Below are positions 20,108 through 29,317 of a stretch of DNA of 56,547 bases, in pieces. The stretch is from the sequence record SRR2962707_2394, one strand, 5' to 3'. The first letter of the stretch is position 1, and every line of letters begins with the position of its first letter. The notes beneath the pieces were generated by a model, which saw only the letters and a program-made list of their open reading frames with translations, was not told the DNA's origin and did no database searches. The position numbers and the translations under genes were made by a program.

Positions 20108-21856
20108 TTATTCAGCAGCTTCAGCGGCCTGAGCCCGGACCAGTGGGCGGGTTTCCCCGTTTTCAATCCAGTAGCTGTGACCAACTTCAGGGGGTAGGTG
20201 TGGTGCGCTTTCAGGTTTACTGAAGGTCGCCCCGATCAGAACCTTGATCCCGCATTTCGAGGTGGCTTTGAACAGGCCCTGACGGTTCGGGATGTCAAGG
20301 ATATCGGCGCCATCAATGATGACGAGTTCGGAGCCATCAAGCCGCGCCATTGCGACCTGCATTGCGGCACGACAACGCCACTGTTCTGACGCGGAAATCA
20401 GATCATCACGGCGACCATTGAAGGTGACACCGAGATCAGCATTCAGGACGATAGGGCGCCAGCCGGAATCCTCGCAGGTCGGTGCGAGATAGTTGTCGTT
20501 AAAGGCATCAAGGCAATCTGCCAGTTTGCGCTGGCGGCATCCATCGGGGGCAACGGCCTTGCCGATGATCCCGAACCGTTCGATTTCGGCGGCTTTGACT
20601 TTGGCTTTTTCGTAATCTTCAAGGGCCTTGAGTTCCGCCTTGGCATCCACGACCGCATCGTTTGCATCGGCGAGATCAGCGGCAAGGGTTCCGCCGTCAG
20701 TGTCGGTGCTGGTATCGTCGGCTTCCAGTTTCTGTTTCGCATTTTCAGATTTCGTGATCTGACTTTCGAGGTCGGCAACACGACGGTTGAGGTCATTAAC
20801 TTTGGTGCGGGTGTTCTGAAGTGTGCCATCCGCCCCGGCGATAGCTTTCCGGCGTTCTTCGAGTTCCTTTTTGGAAAGCTTGTCACCTTCGTATTTGGTG
20901 ACACCCCGGACCTGACCGCTGACAACAGATATATTAATAGGTTCATCGCAGCACGGGCATTTCCAGTCCGGCTGGCCATCAACCGACGGCAGCTCGGCGC
21001 GGGCATCCTCGGCCTCTTTCACCGCCTTCTGGGCCTGTTCCAGCTCTGCCTTTGCCTTTTCCAGCGCAGTCACACGATAAGGCAGGTCTGCGGCCTCGGC
21101 CTGCAGGCGTTCCCGATCCACCGATGACATGGTTTCTGTTTTCTGCAGTTCGGCAAGTTTGGCCTCGGCTTCTTCAAGGGCGGCAACCAGATGACGGTGT
21201 TCGGCATCGGCTGGCAAGTTGTGCGGGCGCCAGCTATTAATTTTGGCGCTACCGTATTTTTCAGAGGTGATCTGTTCCCATGCACCTTTGGCTTTTGTCC
21301 ATGCCTGGCGGATTTCCTGATAGACGCTATCCCAGCCCTTGATCTCGATATCTTCGAACAGGTCTTTGATTGCGCGGGTGTTGGCGGAATCCTGATCGTC
21401 ATCGGCTTCGATCATCGGGAAGTTGATCTCGGCCAGATCACGGGTCAGGTCTTCGAGTGTTGGTGCCGCCTTGAGATAACGGATCAGGATTGAAGCCCGT
21501 TCATCCGGTTTGGCTGCAAAAAAGTCTTCGATCCCGGCAGCATAGGCGCTGACATTGAAGGCAGCACCTTCGGTCCGACGCTCTGCTTTGGGAAAGGCGA
21601 TGCCGATTTCGAAGTCCTTGTTATCGCTGTTCTGGCCTTTGATCAGAACAGATCCTTCCCTAACCCCGTCTGACACGATGTCCTTGAGGTCTTTCTTGGG
21701 CAGGCCTTTGATATTGACGATGCCGGACACTGCGGCACCGACCGCTTCGAGAAGCGATGATTTGCCGTTGCCATTTCGGCCGGCAACTATGGTGAAGTCG
21801 GCGACACTGATAGTCGCGCGCTTGCACCCCCGCATATTTTTGACTGTGATATCCAT
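20108..21856 (-). CDS. Rad50/SbcC-like ABC ATPase with coiled coil
   Basis: Walker A GRNGNGKS, coiled coil, CPCC hook, ISASEQ signature, Walker B IIDG. Confidence 0.82.
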   Translation of the reverse strand: MDITVKNMRGCKRATISVADFTIVAGRNGNGKSSLLEAVGAAVSGIVNIKGLPKKDLKDIVSDGVREGSVLIKGQNSDNKDFEIGIAFPKAERRTEGAAFNVSAYAAGIEDFFAAKPDERASILIRYLKAAPTLEDLTRDLAEINFPMIEADDDQDSANTRAIKDLFEDIEIKGWDSVYQEIRQAWTKAKGAWEQITSEKYGSAKINSWRPHNLPADAEHRHLVAALEEAEAKLAELQKTETMSSVDRERLQAEAADLPYRVTALEKAKAELEQAQKAVKEAEDARAELPSVDGQPDWKCPCCDEPINISVVSGQVRGVTKYEGDKLSKKELEERRKAIAGADGTLQNTRTKVNDLNRRVADLESQITKSENAKQKLEADDTSTDTDGGTLAADLADANDAVVDAKAELKALEDYEKAKVKAAEIERFGIIGKAVAPDGCRQRKLADCLDAFNDNYLAPTCEDSGWRPIVLNADLGVTFNGRRDDLISASEQWRCRAAMQVAMARLDGSELVIIDGADILDIPNRQGLFKATSKCGIKVLIGATFSKPESAPHLPPEVGHSYWIENGETRPLVRAQAAEAAE

Positions 21857-21903
21857 TTCAATGTTCTTTCATTTACCGGTGTTGATGGGATCAGCGGGCG
21901 CGA

Positions 21904-22911
21904 TCAGTCGCCCATATCAAAGGCGTCTGATGCGGCCTTTTGCTGAGGTTCGTCGGTGGCTTCGTCTTCCCCGGTTTCCTCGGAAGCATCAGGCCCGGAA
22001 TCTTCTTCGTCCTTGTCGGCCTTCTTGGCCTTGGTCTGCTTTGCCGATTTCTTCTTGTCCTCGGCTTCCTCGGTGATGACGCCATCTTCGTCGTGTTCGA
22101 TCTGTTCCGGGGCAGGTTCATTATCGATGGTCATGGTGTCGCCAAATGCTTCGATGGAACCACCGTCACCGATCTGAGACGCGACACCGCGGTCATAGCT
22201 GTCAGCGATGAAGGCTGCTTTCTGGACATCCATCGGCAGATACTTGGCGATGCGCCGGATCATGGTTTTCTTGCCCATTTCAGAAAAATGGCTGGCCCAT
22301 GAGGAATTGATGACGCCATTCTTGGCGAACCGTTTGGCGGCACTGTAACCCTGTGATGCATCGCGGATTGCTTCGATCTCGGCTCGGCTCATTACATCCC
22401 AGTGGTAGCCGCCGTCCTTGAATTTGGCGATGGCATAGAAATGCGTGATCTCGCCGCGATCACCCGCAGCCGGGGTGTGGTCAAGGGCCTCGTTAAGCCC
22501 GAAGCGATAAACAAAATCATCGTTGGCATGAACGGCTTGCGCCTGAATGCTGCTGACATCCCCGCTGTTCCGGGCCAATGCAATCAGGCCCTTGTATCCG
22601 GGGATAAACTGACAGCGCATCTGGCCCTGTACTTTGAACGGGATCAGATAGGCCTGACCTAATACGCCATCTGGTTCCAAGCCAAGCTGGGCGCAGGTCA
22701 TGACGGCGGACAGGAAGCTGTTGCGGTCGCAATCAAGCAGTTTCGGGTTGTTCTGTACCGATGTCATTACGACACGGACCAGCCGTTCAGGTGTCAGGTG
22801 CTTGGGCAGCGCCATCTTCATCTGTGGCATCATCCGGTCGAGCGTTCCGCGCAGTTCGTTTGCGGGGCTGACCTGTTTGCCTTGCTGGTTCTGGGTTGCG
22901 ATCTGGTTCAT
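21904..22911 (-). CDS. recT: RecT family ssDNA annealing protein
   Basis: ALPKHLTPER, AQLGLEPDGVLGQAYLIPF, GYKGLIALARNSG, EMGKKT; acidic tail. Confidence 0.93.
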   Translation of the reverse strand: MNQIATQNQQGKQVSPANELRGTLDRMMPQMKMALPKHLTPERLVRVVMTSVQNNPKLLDCDRNSFLSAVMTCAQLGLEPDGVLGQAYLIPFKVQGQMRCQFIPGYKGLIALARNSGDVSSIQAQAVHANDDFVYRFGLNEALDHTPAAGDRGEITHFYAIAKFKDGGYHWDVMSRAEIEAIRDASQGYSAAKRFAKNGVINSSWASHFSEMGKKTMIRRIAKYLPMDVQKAAFIADSYDRGVASQIGDGGSIEAFGDTMTIDNEPAPEQIEHDEDGVITEEAEDKKKSAKQTKAKKADKDEEDSGPDASEETGEDEATDEPQQKAASDAFDMGD

Positions 22912-22918
22912 AATTCAA

Positions 22919-23752
22919 TCAGTCCTTCTTGTGGAGTTTGCAGATATCGGTGCCGAATGCTGGGCAGTATTTATCCCCGCACATCATCGACATCGGGTTG
23001 GCGATAAAAGTGTTGGGATCGCCGGTTTGCAGGAACGTGCTCACATCCCTGACAAGACGGTCATTCGTGGCCTGCGCTGCTTTGACGCAGGCCTTGATGT
23101 CGTAGACCTTGGAAATCGGTTCCTCCTGCGGCTTGGAAAGCGGCACACGCGGAAGGTAATCTTCGATGATCGAGGCAAACGGAAAGCCGATGCTGTTGCC
23201 AAGCGCCCAGTAATTCCCGTACTGGACGCCATTGGCGCGAGCGACAACTCCGGTTTTGATGTCGCGCAGTCCGGCCTTTTCAGTTCCGACTGACGCCAAG
23301 GTGTCGATCTGCCCGCTCAGGATGAAGCCAGGGGCATAAGGCAGTTCGATCCGTTCTTCGACCAGAACAGGTGTCAGCTTTGGCGCGATCCGCTTGCGAT
23401 ACATCATCGTCATCTGACGGATCTGCTTCTGGGCGGCATCCCGGTTCGGGCTGGTATCGTCCCAGATGACGCCTTCTTCAATCCTGAGATCGAACTCATT
23501 GATTGCAGCATCGAACGCATCGCTATCTGAGCCGATTTCATTGCCGGTTTTTGCCTTGATGATCAGGCCATGTTCGGCGCCCTTGTGGACACCTGAGCCA
23601 ATAGCGGCACCGATTGACGGCTCAAGCTTGCGAGGCTCATAGCCAGCCTCGCGCATCAGGAACGGATACGTCCTTGTGATCGTGCGAAGGGCGCAATCAT
23701 TGTAGCCGGGGCCGGATGATGGCCGGATGATGAAGGTGTCGGAGCGCATCAC
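22919..23752 (-). CDS. PD-(D/E)XK exonuclease (RecB/Cas4-like)
   Basis: GSGVH, SGQID, DIKTG, QY and C-terminal Cys; next to recT. Confidence 0.8.
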   Translation of the reverse strand: MMRSDTFIIRPSSGPGYNDCALRTITRTYPFLMREAGYEPRKLEPSIGAAIGSGVHKGAEHGLIIKAKTGNEIGSDSDAFDAAINEFDLRIEEGVIWDDTSPNRDAAQKQIRQMTMMYRKRIAPKLTPVLVEERIELPYAPGFILSGQIDTLASVGTEKAGLRDIKTGVVARANGVQYGNYWALGNSIGFPFASIIEDYLPRVPLSKPQEEPISKVYDIKACVKAAQATNDRLVRDVSTFLQTGDPNTFIANPMSMMCGDKYCPAFGTDICKLHKKD

Positions 23753-24198
23753 GCAGCATCCTTGTGCTGTTGCGTCTTGCAGAGACGGTCGTACAAAACG
23801 ACGTTGACCGTTGCCGCGAGATTCATGCAGCCCGATGTCGGAATGAAAATCTTGTCACGGCAGCGCGAAAGCACCCGATCTCCAAGCGTCGCGTCTTCGG
23901 CCCCGAAAATGTAATAAGCCCGCTCCGGGTGCTGGTATTCAGGTAGCGGTGTTGCGTCATCAACCAGATCGACCGCAACAGGAACGCAATCAAAAGGCAT
24001 CAGGTCGAAAACACAGCTTGGGCGAAACAGCGGCATGTGCCGATAGTGTTTCATTGTATCGGTTGGGGACCGCCCGAACCGCCTGCCAGAAGCAGCTACA
24101 AATGCAGCGCCATAAACACCAGCAGCGCGAAGGGCTGCCCCGACATTGATGGAGTTCTTCGGGTTATCGAGCCCGATACCGCAATATCCGCGCATCAC
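23749..24198 (-). CDS. SpoU/TrmH family RNA methyltransferase
   Basis: NPKNSINVGAALRAA, IFGAED, FIPT..CMNLAATVNVVLYDR (SPOUT motifs 1-3). Confidence 0.88.
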   Translation of the reverse strand: MMRGYCGIGLDNPKNSINVGAALRAAGVYGAAFVAASGRRFGRSPTDTMKHYRHMPLFRPSCVFDLMPFDCVPVAVDLVDDATPLPEYQHPERAYYIFGAEDATLGDRVLSRCRDKIFIPTSGCMNLAATVNVVLYDRLCKTQQHKDAA

Positions 24199-24521
24199 CC
24201 GTTCCCCAACTGACGCGAATACATTTCCTGAACAGCACGGGCGCGGCTCATGGCTTCTTTGAAATACCTGGCTGTGTTCTGATCTTCGGGCTCTGCCGCT
24301 GTGCCCATAAGCTGGGCCATCGCCCCGGACATTTCGGCGAGCATGGCGTTGCGTTCTTCTATCGCGACAAGCAGCATATCGAGGCCATCGGTGGTCTTCT
24401 CAAGAATGACTGCAAACGGTTCTGCTAGTTCGTTGTCGAGCTTTCTGGCATGAGCCAGCAGCTTCGCCAGTTCAGGCCGCATTACCTTGATCTGGGCTCT
24501 AAGTTCGGTTGCTTTGCTCAT
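24195..24521 (-). CDS. Hypothetical helical protein
   Basis: ATGA-coupled start MSKATEL. Confidence 0.65.
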   Translation of the reverse strand: MSKATELRAQIKVMRPELAKLLAHARKLDNELAEPFAVILEKTTDGLDMLLVAIEERNAMLAEMSGAMAQLMGTAAEPEDQNTARYFKEAMSRARAVQEMYSRQLGNG

Positions 24522-24601
24522 GACGTGATTTCTTTCCTGTGTGCCAACCACTTTCGCAGCGGGCGGGTAATGCGATGGATGAAGGCAACAAATCTGGACA
24601 T
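24518..24601 (-). CDS. Small basic peptide (27 aa, MSRFVAFIHRITRPLRKWLAHRKEITS)
   Basis: Translated by hand; stop/start overlaps at both ends. Confidence 0.45.
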   Translation of the reverse strand: MSRFVAFIHRITRPLRKWLAHRKEITS

Positions 24602-24723
24602 CACTTGACCCCGTATGTTTTGAGCGTGATCCATGCCAATCGGCGGAGTGATGCGCGGGCGGTAAGATCATCAAGAATGTCGAAGGCCTCGCGCCGGATC
24701 CGATTGATGTAGGCCGCTGGCAT
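24601..24723 (-). CDS. Small protein (40 aa, MPAAYINRIRREAFDILDDL...)
   Basis: Translated by hand; TGATG overlaps at both ends. Confidence 0.5.
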   Translation of the reverse strand: MPAAYINRIRREAFDILDDLTARASLRRLAWITLKTYGVK

Positions 24724-24914
24724 CAGAAGCCTGCGTCAAACAGGCAGTCGAAGGCATCGAACAGATGCGGGAACAGCAACAGCACCAGAACTGCGAAGGC
24801 ATTCAGAACCAAGAGCCAGAGGATCACTTGAAAGGCTTCGATCTTCGATCCAAGTTCCGGGCAGTTGGCGCGGTTCTGGTCGCGTGGCGCGGCGCTGATG
24901 TTGAATTTCATCAT
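24723..24914 (-). CDS. Small membrane protein
   Basis: Single hydrophobic segment; coupled ORF. Confidence 0.55.
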   Translation of the reverse strand: MMKFNISAAPRDQNRANCPELGSKIEAFQVILWLLVLNAFAVLVLLLFPHLFDAFDCLFDAGF

Positions 24915-25345
24915 GACCGGCCCTCCGCTTTGGCGATGGCGCGGTATGCACGGGACAGTCGTTCGTCACAGAACCGCGCTGCAGGACTGTTCACGGCATG
25001 GTAGCGCAGGTCTTTGCGGCGACGTTCTTCTGACTTCACCATATCCTTGAGCGCAATCAACAGTTCATGCCCATGAGCAACGATTTGGCTATGGCTCTTA
25101 AAGGCGCGGACGCCATGAGCATCTTTGATGTGGTTGGAAAGTCCGGTAAATTTCACAGGCTTGTCGCATTCCGGGCAGCGGCATTTCATCTTGCCAGCCT
25201 TTTTGACCGGCATCGTGCGTTCTGCGACCAGCGTTCCGCCTGCGCATGCTCGGCAATAACCGGGAAACCCTTGATCAAGGCCAATCTCACAGCCGCAACC
25301 TGCACAGAGATCGCCGTTCAACATTGCTTCTGCAATTTCACCCAT
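24911..25345 (-). CDS. Cys-rich (Zn-binding) hypothetical protein
   Basis: CAGC, CRAC, CPEC...H..H. Confidence 0.7.
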   Translation of the reverse strand: MGEIAEAMLNGDLCAGCGCEIGLDQGFPGYCRACAGGTLVAERTMPVKKAGKMKCRCPECDKPVKFTGLSNHIKDAHGVRAFKSHSQIVAHGHELLIALKDMVKSEERRRKDLRYHAVNSPAARFCDERLSRAYRAIAKAEGRS

Positions 25346-25538
25346 TGCTTCGTTCCTTCTGCATCTTCGCCGAGGCGCGTTTCAGGTTGTCGATGAAAGA
25401 CATCGTGTTTTTCGCGGCTTCATAAGCTGACAGCGCATGTTCGCCGTGCGGGGTGCCGCCTTCTTCCGGAGTTATTCCGGGGCGTTGCTGCCTCTCGCGG
25501 TAGTATTGGTAGTGATAGACAAGTCGTGGATCAGGCAT
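25338..25538 (-). CDS. Hypothetical protein
   Basis: AGGAG RBS; coupled to the next gene. Confidence 0.6.
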   Translation of the reverse strand: MPDPRLVYHYQYYRERQQRPGITPEEGGTPHGEHALSAYEAAKNTMSFIDNLKRASAKMQKERSNG

Positions 25539-25592
25539 GTCCGCTCCTATCTGAAATCATGACAACAGGCCCGAAAGCCTGCTGCGGTGAGG

Positions 25593-26252
25593 TCAGATAT
25601 CGTTGATGATTTTGGTTTCGGCGGCGTACATTTTGAAAACATCGCGTTCAACGTTGTAGAGGCCGATAGAGAATGAAGGCCTTGATGAATCCCGATGATC
25701 GCCGGACCAACTGGCGATGCGAACAGAGATAATTTTGCCATTGCTGACTTGAATTGAGAGGTGTTCTTTAAGACGCTTATCCAAGAGTTTTAGGACGAAA
25801 TGCGTCTCGATATCGCAGCCGTCGACATCGGATAGTTCGTAAAATTCATCAAGGTCGTCATAATCTTCGCCGAGGCGTTCTTCAGGGTATTGGTCCACCC
25901 AAAGTTTGATCAGTTCTGACGCACATATTTCCTTTGGCGGGTCTTTGAAGATTTCGCTGAGTTCGGCATCGCACATCGCAGAAATCGCTTCGTTCTGCTT
26001 GTGGTCAATCGCGCTCTTGACCGCAGCCATGATCATCTTGTTGTAGCTAGTGAAATCGATGCGGTTGGCATGGATCTTGATCTGATCCTCAAGTGCGGAT
26101 TCAATCACTTTGCGCACCTGACCGTTATAACCGAACAGCTTTCCGAGGCTTTCTGTGATCATCTTATCGATCTGTGGTTTGATGATTTCCTGCACCGCTT
26201 CCGGCTGGATTGCCTCGGATACTGCGTCTGCAATTGTTTGTTCGATTGACAT
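25593..26252 (-). CDS. Hypothetical protein
   Basis: AGGAGG RBS; 219 aa. Confidence 0.75.
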   Translation of the reverse strand: MSIEQTIADAVSEAIQPEAVQEIIKPQIDKMITESLGKLFGYNGQVRKVIESALEDQIKIHANRIDFTSYNKMIMAAVKSAIDHKQNEAISAMCDAELSEIFKDPPKEICASELIKLWVDQYPEERLGEDYDDLDEFYELSDVDGCDIETHFVLKLLDKRLKEHLSIQVSNGKIISVRIASWSGDHRDSSRPSFSIGLYNVERDVFKMYAAETKIINDI

Positions 26253-26307
26253 AAAATCCTCCTGTTAACACTCAATAAAACCGGCCACCGACCGGCTTGG
26301 ATCAGGG

Positions 26308-26634
26308 TTAAACCGCGGCTTTGAGATTGACGGGCTGCGCTGTCATGTGTTGAACGAAGGGCGGCTTCTGATTGCTATTCAGCCACTGGAATTCAACGCC
26401 ATCGCGGAACCACTGGACTTGATACTCGCGGCGGCAGCCCCGGCATTGTCCTTGCATCGGCGCTGCATTCACGTTGTCGAAGAAATTCGCATCGGCATAA
26501 CCTGATAGGTGCAGAGTCCGCGTAACGCCCAAGTCGGCAAGATCCTTGTTTTCGTGCGGACACATGCATTTTGTCTTGAAGCTCAGGTCGTTGCGGAATT
26601 GGTCAAACGGCTGGCGTTCCATGGTAGTCTCCAT
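26308..26634 (-). CDS. Hypothetical protein with Cys pairs
   Basis: ORF in the leftward operon. Confidence 0.6.
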   Translation of the reverse strand: METTMERQPFDQFRNDLSFKTKCMCPHENKDLADLGVTRTLHLSGYADANFFDNVNAAPMQGQCRGCRREYQVQWFRDGVEFQWLNSNQKPPFVQHMTAQPVNLKAAV

Positions 26635-26643
26635 TGATCAGAG

Positions 26644-26931
26644 TTAAGCGGGCGCCCCGACCGGGAAATAAGGGCTGGCAATGCGCATTAGGGTGTGACG
26701 GTTATCGGCGTCCGCGTTTTCCATGCGTGTCAGGTGCGGAATAAGCGTTCCGTAAAGGCTGTCATCAAGACCCCAAAGCATGTACTCGGTGTCGTCCCAA
26801 TCCGCGCCGAGTTCGACTGCGGCGTCATAGACCGCCATCAGGGCGCGATCAGCGATTGCGTTGATCTTGTCGAGATGCGCACCGGTTCGGTCGAGTTCGC
26901 GTTCCGCGAATCCGGGGGAAAGACATTTCAT
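26644..26931 (-). CDS. Hypothetical protein
   Basis: ATGA-coupled ORF. Confidence 0.6.
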   Translation of the reverse strand: MKCLSPGFAERELDRTGAHLDKINAIADRALMAVYDAAVELGADWDDTEYMLWGLDDSLYGTLIPHLTRMENADADNRHTLMRIASPYFPVGAPA

Positions 26932-27221
26932 GACGCACCGCCTTCGGCTTTGGCGATCAGCGCGATTGCATCTTCGTCGCCAAGTTCAGCGCGGGAGTTG
27001 ATGTAAGAAAACATCTCGGGGCACAAAGCGATCAGCAGGGCGTTTGCTTCACGGGCAGGGTCATCCATCTTGGCGGCTTCGTTAATGTCAGCGTATGCCA
27101 GAGAAGCCCACCCGATACGGCCATTGGAATGTTCGACTATCCACCCCAAATCGCGACCTTCTTTGTTTCGCTGAATGTGCGCCTTCCAAGGCCCCGGCGT
27201 ATGTTTTGAAACTTCACTCAT
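26928..27221 (-). CDS. Phage protein with N-terminal HTPGPW motif
   Basis: SKHTPGPW...ANALLIALCPEM; GAGG RBS. Confidence 0.7.
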   Translation of the reverse strand: MSEVSKHTPGPWKAHIQRNKEGRDLGWIVEHSNGRIGWASLAYADINEAAKMDDPAREANALLIALCPEMFSYINSRAELGDEDAIALIAKAEGGAS

Positions 27222-27393
27222 CACGCACCTCACTAAAACAGTTTGGAAATCAAGGCAGTTGCCGTTGGGGCAAGCACCAGAAAAGCAAGTGTGAGCGTGA
27301 TCAGGATCGGGGTTTTCATTGCGCCACACCGCTGTTCGTGTTGATGACCGATAAGCGAACTTGATTTGATGTGTTCGCCGTTCTGGTGTGGTC

Positions 27394-27447
27394 AAAGTAA
27401 TGTGGTTATTTTACCACGTCAAGCATAAATGTGGGAAAAATACCATA
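27394..27447 (-). promoter_or_regulatory. PL-like promoter with OL operators
   Basis: Minus strand TTGACG-N17-TACTTT; TGTGG-N8-CCAYR boxes at 27401-27418 and 27430-27447. Confidence 0.75.
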
Positions 27448-27470
27448 GATGTGGTTTTTGTGATTTAGAC

Positions 27471-27498
27471 AAAGAAAAACCCGCCTCGTGGGCGGGTT
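27471..27498 (-). terminator. Terminator downstream of cI
   Basis: AACCCGCC-tcgtg-GGCGGGTT with U-tract on minus strand. Confidence 0.75.
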
Positions 27499-27522
27499 GG
27501 CGCTAGATGGTGGCGATAAGTT

Positions 27523-28200
27523 TTATTCGGTTATCTGTCCGACGACGCGATATATATGAAGGATGCGCCCTGCGTCGTAGTGGATTTCTTTTTTGGGATT
27601 GAACTGCTCAACGATGATTTTGTCGGCAGTCCTGCGCACCAACCGCTTAACGTATGCTTGATGGTCATCAAGCTCTAAAAGCACGTAGTCTCTTGGTCTG
27701 ATAGGTTTTATTGGGTTCACATAAAGCAAATCCCCTGATTCATAACGAGGCTCCATAGAATCCCCCGTCATATAGCAGGCAAACGCATTTTTCACGCCGA
27801 CGAGCGCCCCTGGTCTGTAAGCCATCCCCTGTATATCCCCATTATCGAGAAAGAATGCGTCGGCGCCGCCGCGCGCGTTTCCTCTAATGGGAAGGTCTCT
27901 AGGCCCGACAACAAAATCGACGCTGGAGGGAGGCATCTTAGCGTTTGGGTGAACTGTCTCGCTGCTGTCTGCAAGGGTAGGGGGCGAATCCCCTTCGCCG
28001 CTCATGAGCCACCCCACGTCGCATTGCAGGACACGCGCAAGGCGGGACGCGCTGTCTGATCGCATCCCTTTCTTTTTACCGTACTCGATCTGCTTAATGA
28101 ATGTCCTGTCCAGCCCCGCCTTTTCGCTGGCAGCGTTGGACGACAAATTTAGCTTGTCGAGGCGGGACTTAATCCGCGTGAACAGAGGGTTTTCTTCCAT
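27523..28200 (-). CDS. cI: CI-like repressor (XRE HTH + S24 peptidase)
   Basis: N-terminal HTH; GDSMEP serine and YVKRL lysine. Confidence 0.92.
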   Translation of the reverse strand: MEENPLFTRIKSRLDKLNLSSNAASEKAGLDRTFIKQIEYGKKKGMRSDSASRLARVLQCDVGWLMSGEGDSPPTLADSSETVHPNAKMPPSSVDFVVGPRDLPIRGNARGGADAFFLDNGDIQGMAYRPGALVGVKNAFACYMTGDSMEPRYESGDLLYVNPIKPIRPRDYVLLELDDHQAYVKRLVRRTADKIIVEQFNPKKEIHYDAGRILHIYRVVGQITE

Positions 28201-28279
28201 GTGGGCAATATCCCACAACGGATGTTGTTTTGCATGTGGTATTTTTACCATTGACATTGTGGTTAAGTTCCCACATTTT
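28200..28279 (+). promoter_or_regulatory. OR operators and PR-like promoter
   Basis: TGTGG-N8-CCA(CA/TT) at 28200-28217, 28235-28252, 28258-28275; TTGACA 28251-28256, N17, CATTTT. Confidence 0.8.
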
Positions 28280-28318
28280 GGGGTTATCAACTGGATAAAT
28301 CGCTTTTAAGGAAATCCC

Positions 28319-28567
28319 GTGGTGACAGGCGAAACAAAAACTCTCCGTGAAAAGCTTATGGAAGATGCCGAGGCGTTTTGCTCGGCGCAGGGTATTGCGA
28401 AATCGCACCTTGCCCGTGTGGTGATGAACCACGGCGGGTTCTTCAAGCGCCTTGAAGATGGCGGAGATTGCTCTACCGGAGCCTACGAAAAGTTTCAGGC
28501 TGTGTTCTCTGACCCGGATGAATGGGAAAGAGCAAAGGCCGAGCGGTTCGAAAAGCCAGCCGCCTAA
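28319..28567 (+). CDS. Cro-like protein
   Basis: Small HTH-like ORF divergent from cI. Confidence 0.72.
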   Translation: MVTGETKTLREKLMEDAEAFCSAQGIAKSHLARVVMNHGGFFKRLEDGGDCSTGAYEKFQAVFSDPDEWERAKAERFEKPAA

Positions 28568-28678
28568 AGCATTCCCGGCGCTCCCCTGCGCCGGGCATCG
28601 GCGCCACTCCGTTAAGTGGCAAGGGTCCGGCTACCCAGACCCTACGTCTCCCAGACGTGAAACCTCCCTGTTTAACTA

Positions 28679-28722
28679 GGCCGGGGCTTGTCGTCCCTCA
28701 ACGAAAAGCCCCGGCCCTTTTT
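28679..28722 (+). terminator. tR1-like terminator
   Basis: GGCCGGGGCTT...AAGCCCCGGCC then CTTTTT. Confidence 0.75.
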
Positions 28723-28816
28723 GAGCAGAGCAGAACAGTCAGGGAGCAGACCTGACAAGAGACAAGATACCCGACCGGCGCAGCAGCGTCTTTTGTAATC
28801 GGAGCGCGATTTTACA

Positions 28817-29317
28817 ATGACCAAACCAAGACCAACCAGATCCGAATTTGCCGCAGCGAGTTATGCCGTTGCCGTGTTGTCCGAGTCAGACATCCAAGAT
28901 GCGACATTAAAAGGCGTTTCTTCGCTTCGCCGCGCCAGTGACCCGGATGATACCGCCGTCCGCATTGCGTTCCGTGACGCAGCCCGACTTGAAGCGACTT
29001 TGATTGCGCAGGGGCATGAACCGAAATTCGGGCCAGCGTTCCAGAACATTGTCGAGCAGGCGCTTGGTCGCAGCATCGGTCACACCCCGGAAGATGTCGA
29101 AGGCCGTTTGATCGAACTGATGTCGGGTCTTGGCCATGTGGTCGATGAAATCCGCGCATCACGGTGCCCGACTGGCCCCGGTGGTGTGAAGTGCCTTCCC
29201 CATGAAACTGAAAAATGCCTGTCGCAGGCGCATGAGCTTCGCGCCACGGTCGACAAGCTGATTGCCGATCTTGAAGCCGAGGAAGGCAATGTCACCCCGA
29301 TGAACAAGACCGCTTAA
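28817..29317 (+). CDS. CII-like phage regulator
   Basis: Position after cro; helical regulator-like sequence. Confidence 0.55.
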   Translation: MTKPRPTRSEFAAASYAVAVLSESDIQDATLKGVSSLRRASDPDDTAVRIAFRDAARLEATLIAQGHEPKFGPAFQNIVEQALGRSIGHTPEDVEGRLIELMSGLGHVVDEIRASRCPTGPGGVKCLPHETEKCLSQAHELRATVDKLIADLEAEEGNVTPMNKTA

